Below, piece by piece: positions 26,837 to 39,741 of a stretch of 64,000 bases of DNA. A model generated the notes under the pieces. That model searched no databases. It was given only the letters and a program-made list of their open reading frames with translations, and was not told the DNA's origin. Within the stretch, counting starts at the first letter, position 1, and each line of letters begins with the position of its first letter. The stretch is taken from assembly GCF_006345805.1 (NCBI RefSeq), contig NC_043007.1, positions 17,484,001 through 17,548,000 of the forward strand, in the 5' to 3' direction. The translations under genes and the position numbers were made by a program. Source of the stretch: Octopus sinensis. Its lineage: Eukaryota.

Positions 26837-27178
26837 GGTACCTCCTCCCTAGGGTCATATCAAAAGCAACAGTCATAAAACTTTCCTACTGGGTTCACGA
26901 ACATGACCAACTGAGACTATAATATTTGTTTCAAATTTTGGCACAAGATCAGCAAGTTCAGGGGAGGGAATAAGTCAATTACATCAACCCCCACCTGCTC
27001 TACAGGTACTTAATTTATTGACTCTTAAAAGATGAAAGGAGGCAAGGTTGACCCCGGAAGAATTTGAACTCTGAACATAGTGGCAGACGGACGAAATGCC
27101 ACTCACCAGCATGCTAATGATTCTGCCAGCTTGCTGCGACCATAGATATTAACTAACCATCTTGCTCATGGTCTACCC

Positions 27179-27456
27179 CAGTAGTTCCCAAACATTTTTG
27201 GGCTGCTGCTCCCTGGCACCCAGACCACATTTCTAGTGCCCCTGCCCCAACTAGCCATTATAAACATAGACCCCTTTCTGAAGCAAATTCAAAGCAACTG
27301 TATTTCACAAATAAAACTTAACCTTATGAACCCATTATTTTCTTGTTTTTACATGAATCACCACCCCATTGTCACCCCACTTTTCTTCAACGCTCCAAGG
27401 GAACTTTCCACTATCCCCAGAGGTGGAGGCAATACCACCCACTTTGGGAACCACTG
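27179..27456. mobile_element. hAT-like MITE
   Basis: TIR CAGTAGTTCCCAAA / TTTGGGAACCACTG; perfect 8-bp TSD GTCTACCC. Confidence 0.85.
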
Positions 27457-27716
27457 GTCTACCCCTAGGTCTCCTCTCAGTAGGCTCAGCTTGAAAAATT
27501 TGTCTTATGCTTCTTTTCTGTAGCATTCTGACCACATAGCCATAGTACCAGGGCTGTGACACTTCACTGTGGAGAAGTTGTGTCTCAACCTGGAGAGACT
27601 CCCTAGTCTCCAAGATATGCACCCTTCAAGTAACGGTACTCCTTTGCCTCTCTTGTCAATTAACACAAATTATTTTCCTTTATGAGTGTAATTTCAACTG
27701 ATTAAAATCTTTTGGT

Positions 27717-28080
27717 TTATTACCTCCACCTTAGCAAAGGCAGAGGTATTGTTTTCAGTCGTGTTTGTTTGTCCAGGGACAAAATATTTCAAGAACCGCT
27801 GGATGGATCCGGATGAAACTTTCAGGGATATTTGGCCTCAATGACTGGAATGAACTGATTAGATTTGGGGATCAATCTGGCCCTGGACAAGGATTCTGGA
27901 TTATTTTTCCTGTTTTTTTACTTAATTTTTAAGAGCGGTCAGGTTCATTTTTATTATTCTCGTTTGTGAGAGCAGTCTAGTTTATTTCAGATATTCTCGT
28001 TTTAAAAATCATTTATGGCCAATCGTTGAGAGGAAGTAGGTGCTGCCTTGGCAGAGGTTTACGCTCTCTGAGTGCTCTTG
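27717..28080 (+). mobile_element. Helentron/HINE-like non-autonomous element
   Basis: TACCTCCACC...GGCAGAGGT at the 5' end, GGCAGAGGTTTACGCTCTCTGAGTGC at the 3' end; colinear with 24067-24437. Confidence 0.65.
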
Positions 28081-29107
28081 CTTTTTTTTTTATTCATTAT
28101 ATTAAATATATTATCCCACACAAGTATATACTTATAACGTGTTGTTTCCACTGAAGTACAGAGTTGACCAATTTCAATATCATTTATGAATAAGAACCCT
28201 TGTTTCTGATTCTAGGATTTTTAAATTTAGAATTTCTGATTATTTGAATTTTATCAAAATTAAGTGACAGGTGTAACATAGGCATGGGACAGCCAAGGGT
28301 GGAGGGCCTTGGCAGTGCAGTTATTTGAGCCTTCTGCCAAGAGAGGAAAAGCTGGTATCGGCACAGGCATGGCTGTGTGGTTATGAAGTTTGCTTCCCAA
28401 CTGCATGGTTCCAGGTTCAGTCCCAATTCATGGCACATTGGACAAGTCTTTTATTATAGCCCTGGGCTGACCAACACCTTGTGAATGGATTTGGTAGATG
28501 GAAACTGAAAGAAGCCTACCATGTATGTGTGAGTATATGTGTATGTATGTATGTTTCTCTTTGTCTTGATATTGTGTGATTACTGTAAATAAATGTCATT
28601 AATTTCCAATATTCTACAAAAACATGTCTGGCCATGGGGAAACATTACCTTTCTTGGAAACAGATAAGGATTAGTGACAAGAAAGGCATCCAGCTATAGA
28701 AAACCTGCCCCAATAAACACCACCTGACCCTTGCAAGCATGGAAAAGTGATCATTAAAATAATGATGGCAATGATGATGATGAAAATATATTTTGATCTG
28801 AACCATTTGTTACAAGTTAAGTAATTTAACAGTCGTTAGTAAGACTGATTCATCTTTTAAGAATATTTTAGTATTATCTACAGAAATAGAAGATAGCAAT
28901 CCTCCCAATATTGAATGCTGGAGGACTCCCAATTCATGCTTTTTTTATAATTAGAAGATATGTAAGGAGGTAAAGATGAGGCTGTGTGTTAAGTTTTCTT
29001 CACAACCACATGGTCTTCAGTTCAGTTACTCTGCATAGCACATTGGGCTGACCAAATCCTTGTGAGTGGATTTAGTGGTTTGGTGGACAGAAACTAAAAG
29101 AAGCCTA

Positions 29108-29529
29108 AAACTCCAACGTCTGGCAGCTGACTTGGCAGACACCCATAAAATTATCAACCATCTTACAAACAATAACTCTGAGCACCTTTTCTAACACCCG
29201 TGGACATGTTTACAAAGTCAGAAAACAGCACAGCTCCCATGACTTTCGGAAACATTTTTTCACGCTAAGAGTTGCTGAAGCGTGGAACAAACTGCTGGCA
29301 TCAGTTATTAGTTGTCGGAGCACTGCATCCTTCAAAACTTCCATGCTTTCTGAGATTCACCAACACTACACCTGATTTTCTCCCCTCCATACACACACAA
29401 GCATGTATCTGACTCATACACTGTTCGCTTTCCAGAAATTTGTACATTACTGCATATGCTTTATACACACTTTCTGACAAGTTGTGGTGCACCTAAGCAC
29501 TATACAATAATTTCATTATTATTATTATT
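29108..29529 (+). mobile_element. CR1/L2-group LINE 3' end
   Basis: Reads ..NTRGHVYKVRKQHSSHDFRKHFFTLRVAEAWNKLLASV..; (ATT)n tail; second copy at about 52215-52631. Confidence 0.85.
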
Positions 29530-29931
29530 ATATGTAAGGAGGTAAAGATGTGGCTGTGTGTTAAGTTTTCTTCTCAACGACATGGTCTTCAGTTCAGTTA
29601 CTCCGCATGGCACATTGGGCTGACCAAATCCTTGTGAGTGGATTTAGTGGTTTGGTGGACAGAAACTAAAAGAAGCCTATCATATATCTATTTGTGTGTG
29701 TATATGTATGTATTACTATGTGATGGCATGTAGCTTAGTGGTTACGGTATTCCACTCATGATCCTTAGGGCATGAGTTCAGTTCCCGGCAACATGTGTCC
29801 TTAAGCAAGACACTTTGTTTCATGTTGCTCCAGTCTACTCAGCTGGCAAAAATTAGTTGTACCTGTTATTCAAAGGGCCAGCCTTGTCACATTGAATCGC
29901 CCTAAGAACTACGTTAAGGGTACGTGTATCT

Positions 29932-30150
29932 ATGAGGGGAAATCATCAAATCACCATCCATGAGTTATCAGAGGATGTGCAGATTAGTTACAGTTCAGTT
30001 CAGTCCATTATCACTGAAGATTTGGGTATGAGATTTGGGTGTCTTCCAAGTTTGTGCCAAAATTGCTTTCAGCTGACCAAAAAGACACTCGCGTTTCAGT
30101 TGCACAAGATCTCCTTGATTGTGTTGAGAACGATGAAATCTTTTGAAAAC
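29932..30150 (+). pseudogene. Mariner transposase fragment (HTH/linker region), frameshifted
   Basis: NHQITIHELSEDVQISYSSVQSIITEDLGMR / VSSKFVPKLLSADQKDTRVSVAQDLLDCVENDE; an inverted 5' end (MTEKVEQRI.. plus TIR-like end) lies at about 30575-30830 on the minus strand. Confidence 0.8.
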
Positions 30151-30180
30151 TTTGCATAGGCCTCTGACCAGCTACCATTG

Positions 30181-30570
30181 TGGAGGCGCAATGGCCCCTT
30201 GGTTAGGGCAGCGGACTCGCGGTTGGAGGATCGCGGTTTCGATTCCCAAACCGAGCGTTGTGTGTGTTTATTGAGCGAAAACACCGAAAGCTCCATGAGG
30301 CTCCGGCAAGGGGTGGTGGCGACCCCTGTTATACTCCTTCGCCCCAACTTTCTCTCACTCTTTCTTCCTGTTTTTTTGTCCCCGACTTCCTACACAAACG
30401 CTGAGCCTGGATGCGCATTCATCCATCCATCAATGCTCTCAGTGTCGGGGGTTGACCTGCTTTCTTTTCTGCGGGTCTTACGAATAGCAAAAGGACCACA
30501 TTTCGGACTTCTCCTATCTTGCGAGCTCTGGGACGAAGACTGTTCGCTCAGCAGCAACAGCAACAGCAGC
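30181..30570 (+). mobile_element. Family D SINE, tail type 1
   Basis: Matches 25470-25832; (CAG/CAA)n tail. Confidence 0.85.
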
Positions 30571-31140
30571 TACCGTCAATCTTTTGGCAAAATTGGATGC
30601 AGATTAGATTCTCTGCTCAACTTTCTCTGTCATGGTCAATGCAATGATCACATGCTACACACCTTCCTTTCGAGCACTGCTGCAAACAGCAGAAGTGAGC
30701 TAGAACATTGAAACTTCGTGCACATACACAGCAAAGTCCAAGGTCAATTTGTGCCAAGCAGCTTCACTCTGCATGCTTTAGCTTTGTTGCTATGGTAACA
30801 GTCCGGATACTTATTGATCAGGCCATGTACATGACTTTCTTAGCTGGAGAGGGAAAGAAAGAGGCAGTGTAGGTGTACATTCAAGGTCAAAGGTGAATGT
30901 GGGATAGAGAAACATAGGATGTGGGTCAGTAGGTAAGTGTACTGCAATTTGGAAAGAGTTATTTTCATTGGTCAAAAGTGTGTGTAAAAGTTATTGTGGA
31001 GAACATCAAAGGGAACGGAAACCAGAAAATAGCAAAGACAGAACAAAGAATAAAGGAATGAATAAAACGAACACCAAAAAAATACTACAGTTAAAAAACA
31101 AAAACAAAAACGTTATTCCTGTTTTAGGGCATAATCTAAA

Positions 31141-31413
31141 TATATATGTGTGTGTGTATGTGTGGATGTGTGTGTGTGTGTGTGTGCATGTGTGTGTATG
31201 TGTGTGTATCTATAAGTGTGTGTATGTGTGTGTGTGTATGTGTGCTTGTGTGTGTTTGTATGTGTATGTGTGTGTATGTATGTGTGTGCATGTGTGTGTG
31301 TATGTGTGTGTGTGTGCGTATGTGTGTGTATATGTGTGTGCGCATGTGTTTGTGTGTGTGTGTGTGCATATGTGTATGTGTGTTTGTCATGTATGTGTGT
31401 GTGTGTGTGTGTG
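31141..31413. repeat. Imperfect (TG)n microsatellite
   Basis: Directly visible. Confidence 0.95.
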
Positions 31414-31787
31414 ACATAGCCACAACACCTTACAAGTAACTGTGTGTACTGAAATATTTTTTAATTTATTGCCCATTATGTGAATTCAGAAAGTTACTAA
31501 TTCCAGTTAATGTTTACAGTCAACAATAAAATTCCTGTTGCTTTATTTTATTTATTACTACATAAGTATATTTAGAAGCGATTCTCTTATGTCTTTCATT
31601 CTAAAGTGAATGATGGGAATACTAGTAACTCCACCTGTGACCATCCCATTTATGTATATGATGTATCTAGGACTTCATTATCATATGTGTTCTTTGGGGT
31701 TTTTTTTAAGGTAGTAAGGTATGGTTTTAAGGGAGATTCGGTGCTATTTATGGCAAAGCAAGGCATATAGGTGCTTTCTCATCAGTT

Positions 31788-32381
<594 letters not shown>

Positions 32382-33486
32382 CTGTTGTTGCTGCTGCTGT
32401 TGTTGTTGGTGGTGGTAGTGGTGTTGTTGGTGGTGGTAGTGGTGTTGGTGGTGGTAGTGGTGTTGGTGGTGGTAGTGGTGTTGGTGGTGGTAGTGGTGTT
32501 GGTGGTGGTGGTGGTGGTTACAATGGAGCAATTTGTAAACTCCCATTATATTTCAACTGCAAACTGGTTTCAAGTCAGTTCACTTTTGAGCAATATGTTA
32601 CTGTTACAAGGTTACATTTTTCTCTCCCTTAAAAATTATGAAGCTGTGAATTTTGTAATAAAAGGAAAAAAAAAACAAATACATTTAAAAGCATTCATGT
32701 AAAATGAATGCCAAAATCTTCCCATGGCATTATTCAGAGTTTTGTTACAAGGAAACTGTCAGTAACAACAGTGTAAAACTTTGTAGGTACTTGGATTGGA
32801 ATCAACCCAGTATATAACTGGTACTGAAAACTTAGATGATTTGATATGATAATTACATATATAACATGTATGTTCATGATACAGATATAATACAAAACCA
32901 CATTAAAATACAAATCCAAAACTGAAGAAAACGCAAACATGAACGAGGAACGAAAAAGCTTACAGGTCAAGATACATAGTCAACCCTAACCATGTGAAGC
33001 CCAAGATACTCACCCTAACCCTAACTGTAAAGCGGAAAACAAAAGAAAGAAAAAGGCTCATGATTGAAGTGTCCCTGACCAAAAGTTATAAGGGGTTAAA
33101 CATCATCATCACTTTTATACCCACTTTTTCATGCTTGCTTGGGTTGGATAGAGTTTATTGAAGCAGATTTTCTATGGCTAGATGCCCTTCCTGTTGGTAA
33201 CCCTCATCTGTTTCCAAGCAAGGTAATATTTCCCCAAGGCCAGATATGTTTTTGTAAAATAATGGAAATGAATGATACTACCTCTATGCCAGTGGCATTT
33301 ATATACAGCTACCATACATGGACACACATATATATATATGATGGGCTACTTTTATTCATTAAATTTGCCCTATAGGCAGCACATAGATAAGGTAGCTTTG
33401 CGGGCTGGACGCAGACATTGATTATGATACAAAAATGATAAGGATGAGAGAAGACAGAAAGCAACCCTCTGCTTCTCTAAAACTTT

Positions 33487-34100
33487 TGTAGGGAATACGG
33501 CTATTATGCTGTGCCGAGTCTCTTGATACAGCAAGTTCTCTCAGGTAGATTGCAATTGTTTTACCTTGGTGAAATATTCACAAACAGTGTGAGTTTAACA
33601 TGTGCGGATGTTGATGTGTACATGTTGAAGTTGACTGAGATGGAGACGATGATGGTGATGACGGCAGTAGAGATGGAGAACGTCCAGTCTGTCGCTGGTG
33701 TATAATAGTGTCTTCATGGCTGGAGCAGTAGCATGGCTGGCTGGCTGACTGGTCGTCTGTTGCTCGAACTGGAACATGGCTGAGTAGCTCTGTCGTCAGT
33801 GACTAGACCTAAGAAGGTCTAAAGCCGAAAGACCAGGAGTAGTGAAATGCTGGCTTATTTATAGGGTTAAAGAGGCTCAAACAGGGCATAGGAAAAACAG
33901 TGTCACAAGACCCTATCCAAAGGCCGTGATTGGTTGGCTTACACACTGGTGCGAAATAAGTTGAAAGACAAACTTGCCCGAATGCCAACCAATCAGAGCA
34001 ATGATCACAACAAGGTCAAACTAGCCAAAGATGGGTGTAATCTTAAACGAGATTATTCCTAATGTGTCTCTCAAACAGTGAGGATATCAGATACGCTACA
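33487..34100 (-). mobile_element. Solo LTR
   Basis: TG...CA ends with short inverted repeat TGTAGGGAAT / ATACGCTACA, flanks CTTT / CATT, minus-strand TATAAATA at 33856-33863, CCAAT motifs upstream of it, raised GC. Confidence 0.6.
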
Positions 34101-34984
34101 CATTGTTCTTTAAAAACGCATATAAAGAGGTATTAACCCTCTTACAATTTAAAATACCATATATTTGGACTAAAATGTCCATACAATTATAAAACACAAT
34201 TTATACACAAATTGGAGGTGAAAAACCTCTACAGTCCTTCCCCGAGTAATTTTCTTGCAAGTTGCAGGCATTCCTGCAACCGCAATCCAGAGCTCCCCAA
34301 AAAAATTCTATATTTTCGTTTTTACACGAGTCAATTATGAGATCACAATACTTTCTTTCCAGCACCTGAGCAGCCACTCTGGGTTGTCAATGTAAGTTGG
34401 ATCTCCTAGGACCTGACTATCCATATTATACTCCACAAAACTGTTAATAGCCCCTCCCCTGAGATAGAAGAAAATATATTCTTCACCACTTTCACTGGGA
34501 TGGGCCTCAATTCCTTTGCTCGGTGGCACACATCCCATTGACGAGGTTATCATCTTCCCCCCCTCCAGTGGCACACATCCCACCGAAGGGGTTTCAGGAC
34601 ATGCCATCGCCGGCAATGCCCCGTTTTTCTTTTTCCCTTTATGACAGGAGGGGGTACTTTCTGTCCACCAAATCTACTCACAGGGCTCTGGTCGGCTTTG
34701 GGCTATAGTTAGAAACTTTACCCCAAAGTACCACTCAGTGGGGAAAAACTCAAAATCATGTGGTTGGGGGGCAAACTTCTAACAAAGACAACATTGATGC
34801 CAAAGTAATTAGAAATTACATTCACAACTTGAAATGTATGAAACACTTTGGCAAAATTCTTTTAAAACCTAGACTGTAATCTCTGTATTCACTTACCTCT
34901 CTCTCTCTCTCTCTGATAATTCTAGGCATGAAATTTCTTACAATTATGAACTTCTAAATAACAAAAATAAATTTATTCATCATT

Positions 34985-35285
34985 ATTTACATTATTTACA
35001 TTCGACGGATATTTGTCCTCATCTTGTTTGTTGTTAACACGTTTCTGCTGATATACCCTCCAGCTTTCTTCAGGTGTCTTGAGGAAATTTCAAACCTGGG
35101 TTCTTATTCCTAAAGTATTTTTCAATGTTATTATTATTATTATTAGTCAGGTCACTGCTTGGAATTGAACTCGGAATCTCGGGGTTAATAGCCCATGCTT
35201 TTAACCACTATGCCATATGCCCGTGGGTATATGGCATAGTGATTAAGATGAGGACAAATATCTGTCTAATGTAAATAATGTACAT
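34985..35285. mobile_element. Second palindromic tRNA-SINE/hammerhead element, right arm internally deleted
   Basis: Same sequence as 251-683; minus strand GACAC-CTGAAGA-AAGCTG..CAGCA-GAAAC-GTGTT at 35036-35078. Confidence 0.8.
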
Positions 35286-35540
35286 AATTCTTCATCTCTT
35301 ATCTATTCAAATTTATTCTTGTTCATCAATAAAAGAAGCACCCAGGTGGTCACACAGCCTGCAAGATATAGCAGTAGATTACACCTACCATCTTGAACAA
35401 GGAATATTGGATAATGTAGACTTAGATATATTATTGTAGTGAAGTGTAGAATTGAAACTGTATTAGCTCAGTAACGAGAGATAGGCCACAGCACATCAAC
35501 CAATGCTCAGCGTATTGGTCAGCACATAATATTTCAGCTG

Positions 35541-35772
35541 TAGGGCGGCGAGCTGGCAGAAACGTTAGCACGTTGGGCGAAATGCGTAACCGTATTTCGT
35601 CTGCCATTACATTCTGAGTTCCAATTCCGCCGAGGTCGACTTTGCCTTTCATCCTTTCAGGGTCGATTAAATAAGTACCAGTTACGCACTGAGGTCGATG
35701 TAATCGACTAATCCCTTATCTGTCCTTATTTGTCCCCTCTGTGTTTAGCCCTTTGTGGATAGTAAAGAAATA
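35541..35772 (+). mobile_element. Family A SINE
   Basis: Full-length; flanking duplication TATAATATTTCAGCTGTA. Confidence 0.85.
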
Positions 35773-36919
35773 TAATATTTCAGCTGTAATCATTCAATTG
35801 TATGATTTCAAATGGAATTTTCCATGACTTCCTGCAAACACTTGCTTATAAATCAAGATGTGCACCACAATCAAAAGAGAGAAAGGAATTAGCAATTGTG
35901 AGAAGACAGATTCTTTTGGTTTCTGCTTGTTCCTGGGTTAAATAGAATCATTTGTCTGCCATGAACGTATAATTTTCCCACCTCTCACAACATGAATAAG
36001 TACCTATTTAATTTCGTTTTGGGATTTGGTTTGCAAGATTCTTTATGTGAGTTCGTGTGTTGAAGCATATCTTGTTGTGTCTGGGGAGAGTCATTGCTTT
36101 TTGTGCCTTATAATTTAATACACTCACTGGTAAAATCTCCACTTATTTCTTATTTCTATTTTCCTAAAATTTTTGTTGCATCTTGCGACCTTTTCAATTT
36201 AGCCAAAACACATCATATATTCATGATTCCGTACTGGTAAACAATGATACAACCTCAAGCAAGTAAGCATTGTAAATATAGAAAAGCTTATGTACAAATG
36301 AACAGATTCATCAAAAATTTAAAATGGACTTGGATGTATTTAGGAAACAGCACGCAGCAAAATTCATCCCAACCAATCACTAAACCCCCACCCCCCAGCT
36401 AACCAAAATCCCTCCAAACCATATCTGAAAATATAGCATGATGGTCATGGCTAGAGAGCCATTGATCATAGGTTTGCTCACTCAGATTGACCTGGGATTA
36501 AACAACAACAACAGCCATTGAAGGCAGTATTCTACCATGGCCATGACTGTAATAAATTAATGCACTACAGAACACTAATTACTCAGGTAAGAAGCCTTCC
36601 CTCATTACCAATATCTTTTAACTGGCCTCATTCAAATATCCAGCTAATTAATTTCCGGTTTTCATCCAAGTCTGCCATTCATAACAAGCAGGGAAATTTA
36701 GGGAAATCCCATGTGGAAATTATTTTTATCACATTATTTTTGCTAAATTTATTTTTGGAGGAGGTTACTGCTAATTTTATACAATAAATTGCGTTGCATA
36801 CCAGACTGCATTTTTCTTATATGTAGCTGGGACTAGAAAAACAAAACAAAAAGGCTACAAAGAAAGACTACTAGCTAAATAGTTATTTTCAAATCTACTA
36901 TGATTAACATAAAATCGCT

Positions 36920-36928
36920 TGAGTCAGC
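36920..36928 (+). promoter_or_regulatory. AP-1 / ARE-like motif TGAGTCAGC
   Basis: Matches TGA(C/G)NNNGC with an AP-1 core, 22 bp upstream of the ERSE. Confidence 0.45.
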
Positions 36929-36950
36929 TCGGCGAGGTGCCAGATAGCAG

Positions 36951-36969
36951 CCAATAGAAACAACCCACG
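36951..36969 (+). promoter_or_regulatory. ER stress response element ERSE-I (CCAAT-N9-CCACG)
   Basis: CCAAT-AGAAACAAC-CCACG, exact consensus and spacing, ending 125 bp before the ATG of an ER-luminal protein gene. Confidence 0.75.
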
Positions 36970-37093
36970 TTAACTGGCACTGGTTAAACACTTGAACACA
37001 AGCATCGCAGTGAAGCGCTGAAAAAAAAGAAAAGAAGGGAGGTAACCCCGTACTACTAGACAGTTGTTAGTTGCCGAGGAACATCGTGGAAGC

Positions 37094-37279
37094 ATGTTGT
37101 CCCGCAATCTTGTCGCAGGTTTCCTCTTCCTGGTTTGTTTATTAAATCTAATTAAGGCCGAAGCCGATGTGAAAGAACAGAGTTCGGAGGCAAAAGATAC
37201 AGCGGAAAAAGTCCAAGTAGACGATGAAAAAATTGAATATGCTCGGGGTTCAGTTTGCGGCTACTGTGAATATTGTAAG
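37094..37279 (+). CDS. HRC: HRC-like cysteine-rich ER-luminal protein, exon 1 of 5 (signal peptide, acidic linker, first CxxCxxC)
   Basis: MLSRNLVAGFLFLVCLLNLIKAEADVKEQSSEAKDTAEKVQVDDEKIEYARGSVCGYCEYCK; donor AAG|GTAGGT, phase 0; GSxCGYC matches the start of the HRC cysteine-rich domain as recalled. Confidence 0.9.
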
Positions 37280-39140
37280 GTAGGTGCGAACCAGGATCGA
37301 TAAAAGCTCTTTCCTTCACTTCGTTCTGTCTATCCTTCTATCTATCCATCTATCTATCCTATCTGTCCTATCTCGACAGGCTTTATCAATGAGTCGAGAT
37401 AAGGTCTATTTTAGTCTTGATTAGGTTTATTTTAGTCCAAACATCGCCCCCACCTCACCGCATTCCTTCAACCTGTCACTGATCCCATTTTTATTGATTC
37501 CCTGTAAATTCCGGAACTTCTTGCAAGTCGACACTGCAAGGTCTTGTCCAAACATAAAATGCGATTTACCTAAAACTGTGCAACATTACTTCACGATATC
37601 ATAATCTATTTATATAAGAATTTGTAATTTTATTTCTCAACACACTTAACTGATAACTTGATATTTCCCCCCGAAATACCATTCTGTATTTATAAGAACT
37701 GGTTAAGCATGGAAAACAACTTTTCTGTTTAAAATTTATTGAAATCACGACTGTGTTTTATTTTTTTCCTTTAAAAACTTAACTGTCCGGACGATAGAAT
37801 CAGAACAGTTCTGTTTTCTATATAAGGAATTGGTCAGTTCATTCATTTGAGGTTTTGGAAATGGCGATGACGGTTGAGAACGCCTCTGTTGTTGTCTGTG
37901 TTTTATTTAGTTTAATACAACCATCTCTTGTGTTCGAATTCCGCCATCATCAATTTGGTACCGATGAAACAATTTACCAATAATATCTTGCAGTCGATGG
38001 AATAACTACAAGTCATACTATTCTAATCGATTAAAGTACCAATAATACACCGCTGGATCGATGAAATTAAGCACCTCTAATATTGCAGGCTTCTCTGTCG
38101 ATCAATTTGATTGTGTGCCTAGTATAAAAAAAAGAAATCAGAAACCCCATAAATCTATATATTTGAATATGTTACAAAATGCTGTAGATCTCCTTATTCC
38201 GTTGATAAATTCTACCATGTTCCTCGTTTTTAAATTCCTTTTGTAAATGTCAATTCCTGATTACTTGGCCTTTTATGAAATCTCTCTGCGAATCTTGAAA
38301 TTCCTCAACATCTTTCAGGCTTGTAAATTCCTTTAGAATCTTCCCATGCCTCTTTATAAACTTCATCTTATCACATACAGATCCCCCCATATCTAACCTA
38401 ATCTCGCCATAAATCTTGTTATCAGCTCTGACCAAAAATTCGGTAATCTACTTTTCAAACTATGACGCTCCTTAAAATAATTGGAAACAATCTGTAACGA
38501 CTTCAATCGGTTCTTTTTCACCTGTGTGCAACAAGATAAGAAGAACGTCAAACAATATTTACAAGTTTACTTAAGCTGTCATAACATACATATATATATA
38601 TACACATGCATATATTCATTTAACACATCTAATCCATTTATGTCCCGATACTTCCTACTCATTTTTTTTATTTATGTTTCAATTAACGTTGACATTTGTT
38701 AAATTACTTTTCGCGCATGTGTGTGTGTCCTAAATAAATTCCTATAGACCGGATGTTTCATGCATTACGTTATGTAAGCGATGATGATGGTGCCTGGTAA
38801 TAATAATAATCGTCGCGGCGGTGATTGATGACAACTATCATCATCGATATTGCGATATTGGCTTTTTTGGCTGTTCCTGGGTGAACGCCGCAGTGCAGAA
38901 GAAAGACGCACCCTTCGAACTATGCCGGCGACCTAATTTCGACCACCGATTACGGGAACACAGTATTTCTATTCACAGGCTTTGGGGCGTCGTGCAGGAC
39001 GATCAACTTATTTCAATACCCTTCATTCACTCTTAAACTTTAAGAAACTAATATGGATTGTCTTACAGTGTTTAGTTATTGCCTTTTTACGTTCTAAGTT
39101 CAAATCCCGACGAAGCCAACTTTGATTTCCGACTAATACT

Positions 39141-39364
39141 TATTTCTTTACTACCCACAAGGGGCTAAACACAGAGAGGACAAACAAGGACAGACAAACA
39201 GATTATATCGACCCCGGTACATAACTGGTTCTTATTTAATTGACCCCGAAAGGATGAGATGCAAAGTCGACCTCGGCGGAATTTGAACTCAGAACGTAGC
39301 GGCAGACAAAATACCGCTAAGCATTTCGCCCGGCGTGCTAACGTTTCTGCCAGCTCGCCGCCTT
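39141..39364 (-). mobile_element. Family A SINE
   Basis: Reverse-complement match; flanking near-duplication TTCCG(A/C)CTAATACT. Confidence 0.85.
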
Positions 39365-39741
39365 TTTCCGCCTAATACTGGTCAAGTACTGTGGTTGATT
39401 ATAATTGAATTTACCCCTTCAGATCGAGACCTTGTGTCTGTTAGAAATCAATATTACGATTTTATTTATTTGCGTTGGTTTCAAATTCCGCCAATATTGA
39501 CTGAGACTTGAATTCTTACTTGAGTCTATAAAATAAGTACTAGTATCGCTTTGATCGATTACCCTCTACCTCAAGAAGTTGTGATCAAGTTAGAAGTCAT
39601 CATTATTTATCAGTTAGACTCTTGCTCATAAAAAATAATCTAAATCATTGATTTTCAACTGGGACCCATATAAGATTTTATTATGTGCAATAGATTGGTT
39701 ATACTTTTACAAAACACTATTTTTTTTTTTATACAATTCCT

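Noticed and set aside
30178-30711. 177-aa ORF, the longest in the track
   Set aside because: Runs through a tRNA-SINE and antisense mariner debris; sister copies do not keep the frame
37064-37093. Upstream TTG start used by the ORF track
   Set aside because: Eukaryotic gene; the ATG at 37094 directly begins the signal peptide
38250-38435. 61-aa minus-strand ORF in intron 1 (similar case at 57718-58056)
   Set aside because: No splice support or recognisable motif; likely decayed retroelement sequence that I cannot classify
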